A stretch of 24,136 bases of DNA from a virus (lineage: Duplodnaviria > Caudoviricetes). This document shows positions 24,099 to 24,136 of the stretch, in pieces (positions within the stretch are counted from its first letter, which is position 1; the number at the start of each line of letters is the position of its first letter). The notes beneath the pieces were generated by a model that was not told where the DNA came from, did no database searches, and worked only from the letters and a program-made list of their open reading frames with translations. The stretch covers positions 1-24,136 of IMG/VR virus record IMGVR_UViG_3300020045_000834. One strand, written 5' to 3'. The translations under genes were made by a program, and so were the position numbers.

Positions 24099-24136
24099 TT
24101 TGTATTTTCCTTTTAACAGGCCGGTTAGTACCGGCC

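Noticed and set aside
1-24136. tRNA, CRISPR array, introns/inteins in nrdA/nrdB/thyX, DGR, stop-codon reassignment
   Set aside because: None seen by eye: the genes are uninterrupted and of expected length in the standard code, and there are no repeat-spacer arrays or reverse transcriptase

Overview
This window is a 24-kb segment of a tailed dsDNA phage genome with a siphovirus-type long non-contractile tail. Spanins indicate a Gram-negative host. It has two convergent arms that meet at a bidirectional terminator near 6.7 kb. The + arm (1-6638) holds small hypothetical genes and a dNTP-supply cluster: dUTPase, DUF3310/T7 gp1.7-like kinase, MazG-like pyrophosphatase, ThyX, class I RNR beta and alpha, and thioredoxin. 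The - arm (24098 to 6851) runs in this order: major capsid, an inserted T5orf172/MUG113-type endonuclease, head-tail and neck genes, tail terminator, tail tube, tail chaperones, a 2102-aa tape measure, one tail-tip protein, tail fibre and chaperone, a membrane protein, a permuted NlpC/P60 enzyme, and lysis genes (holin candidate, SAR-type lysozyme, Rz with embedded Rz1). The most interesting signals are: (1) a switch-like structured RNA leader covering the endonuclease RBS; (2) an apparent +1, rather than -1, tail-chaperone frameshift; (3) a class Id-like RNR with atypical catalytic and metal-ligand motifs; (4) duplicated, co-varying hairpins around the convergence terminator; (5) a very minimal tail-tip module and a duplicated domain at the tape-measure C-terminus; (6) an unannotated Cys-rich 55-aa ORF. 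All family calls come from motif recognition by eye, not from database searches.
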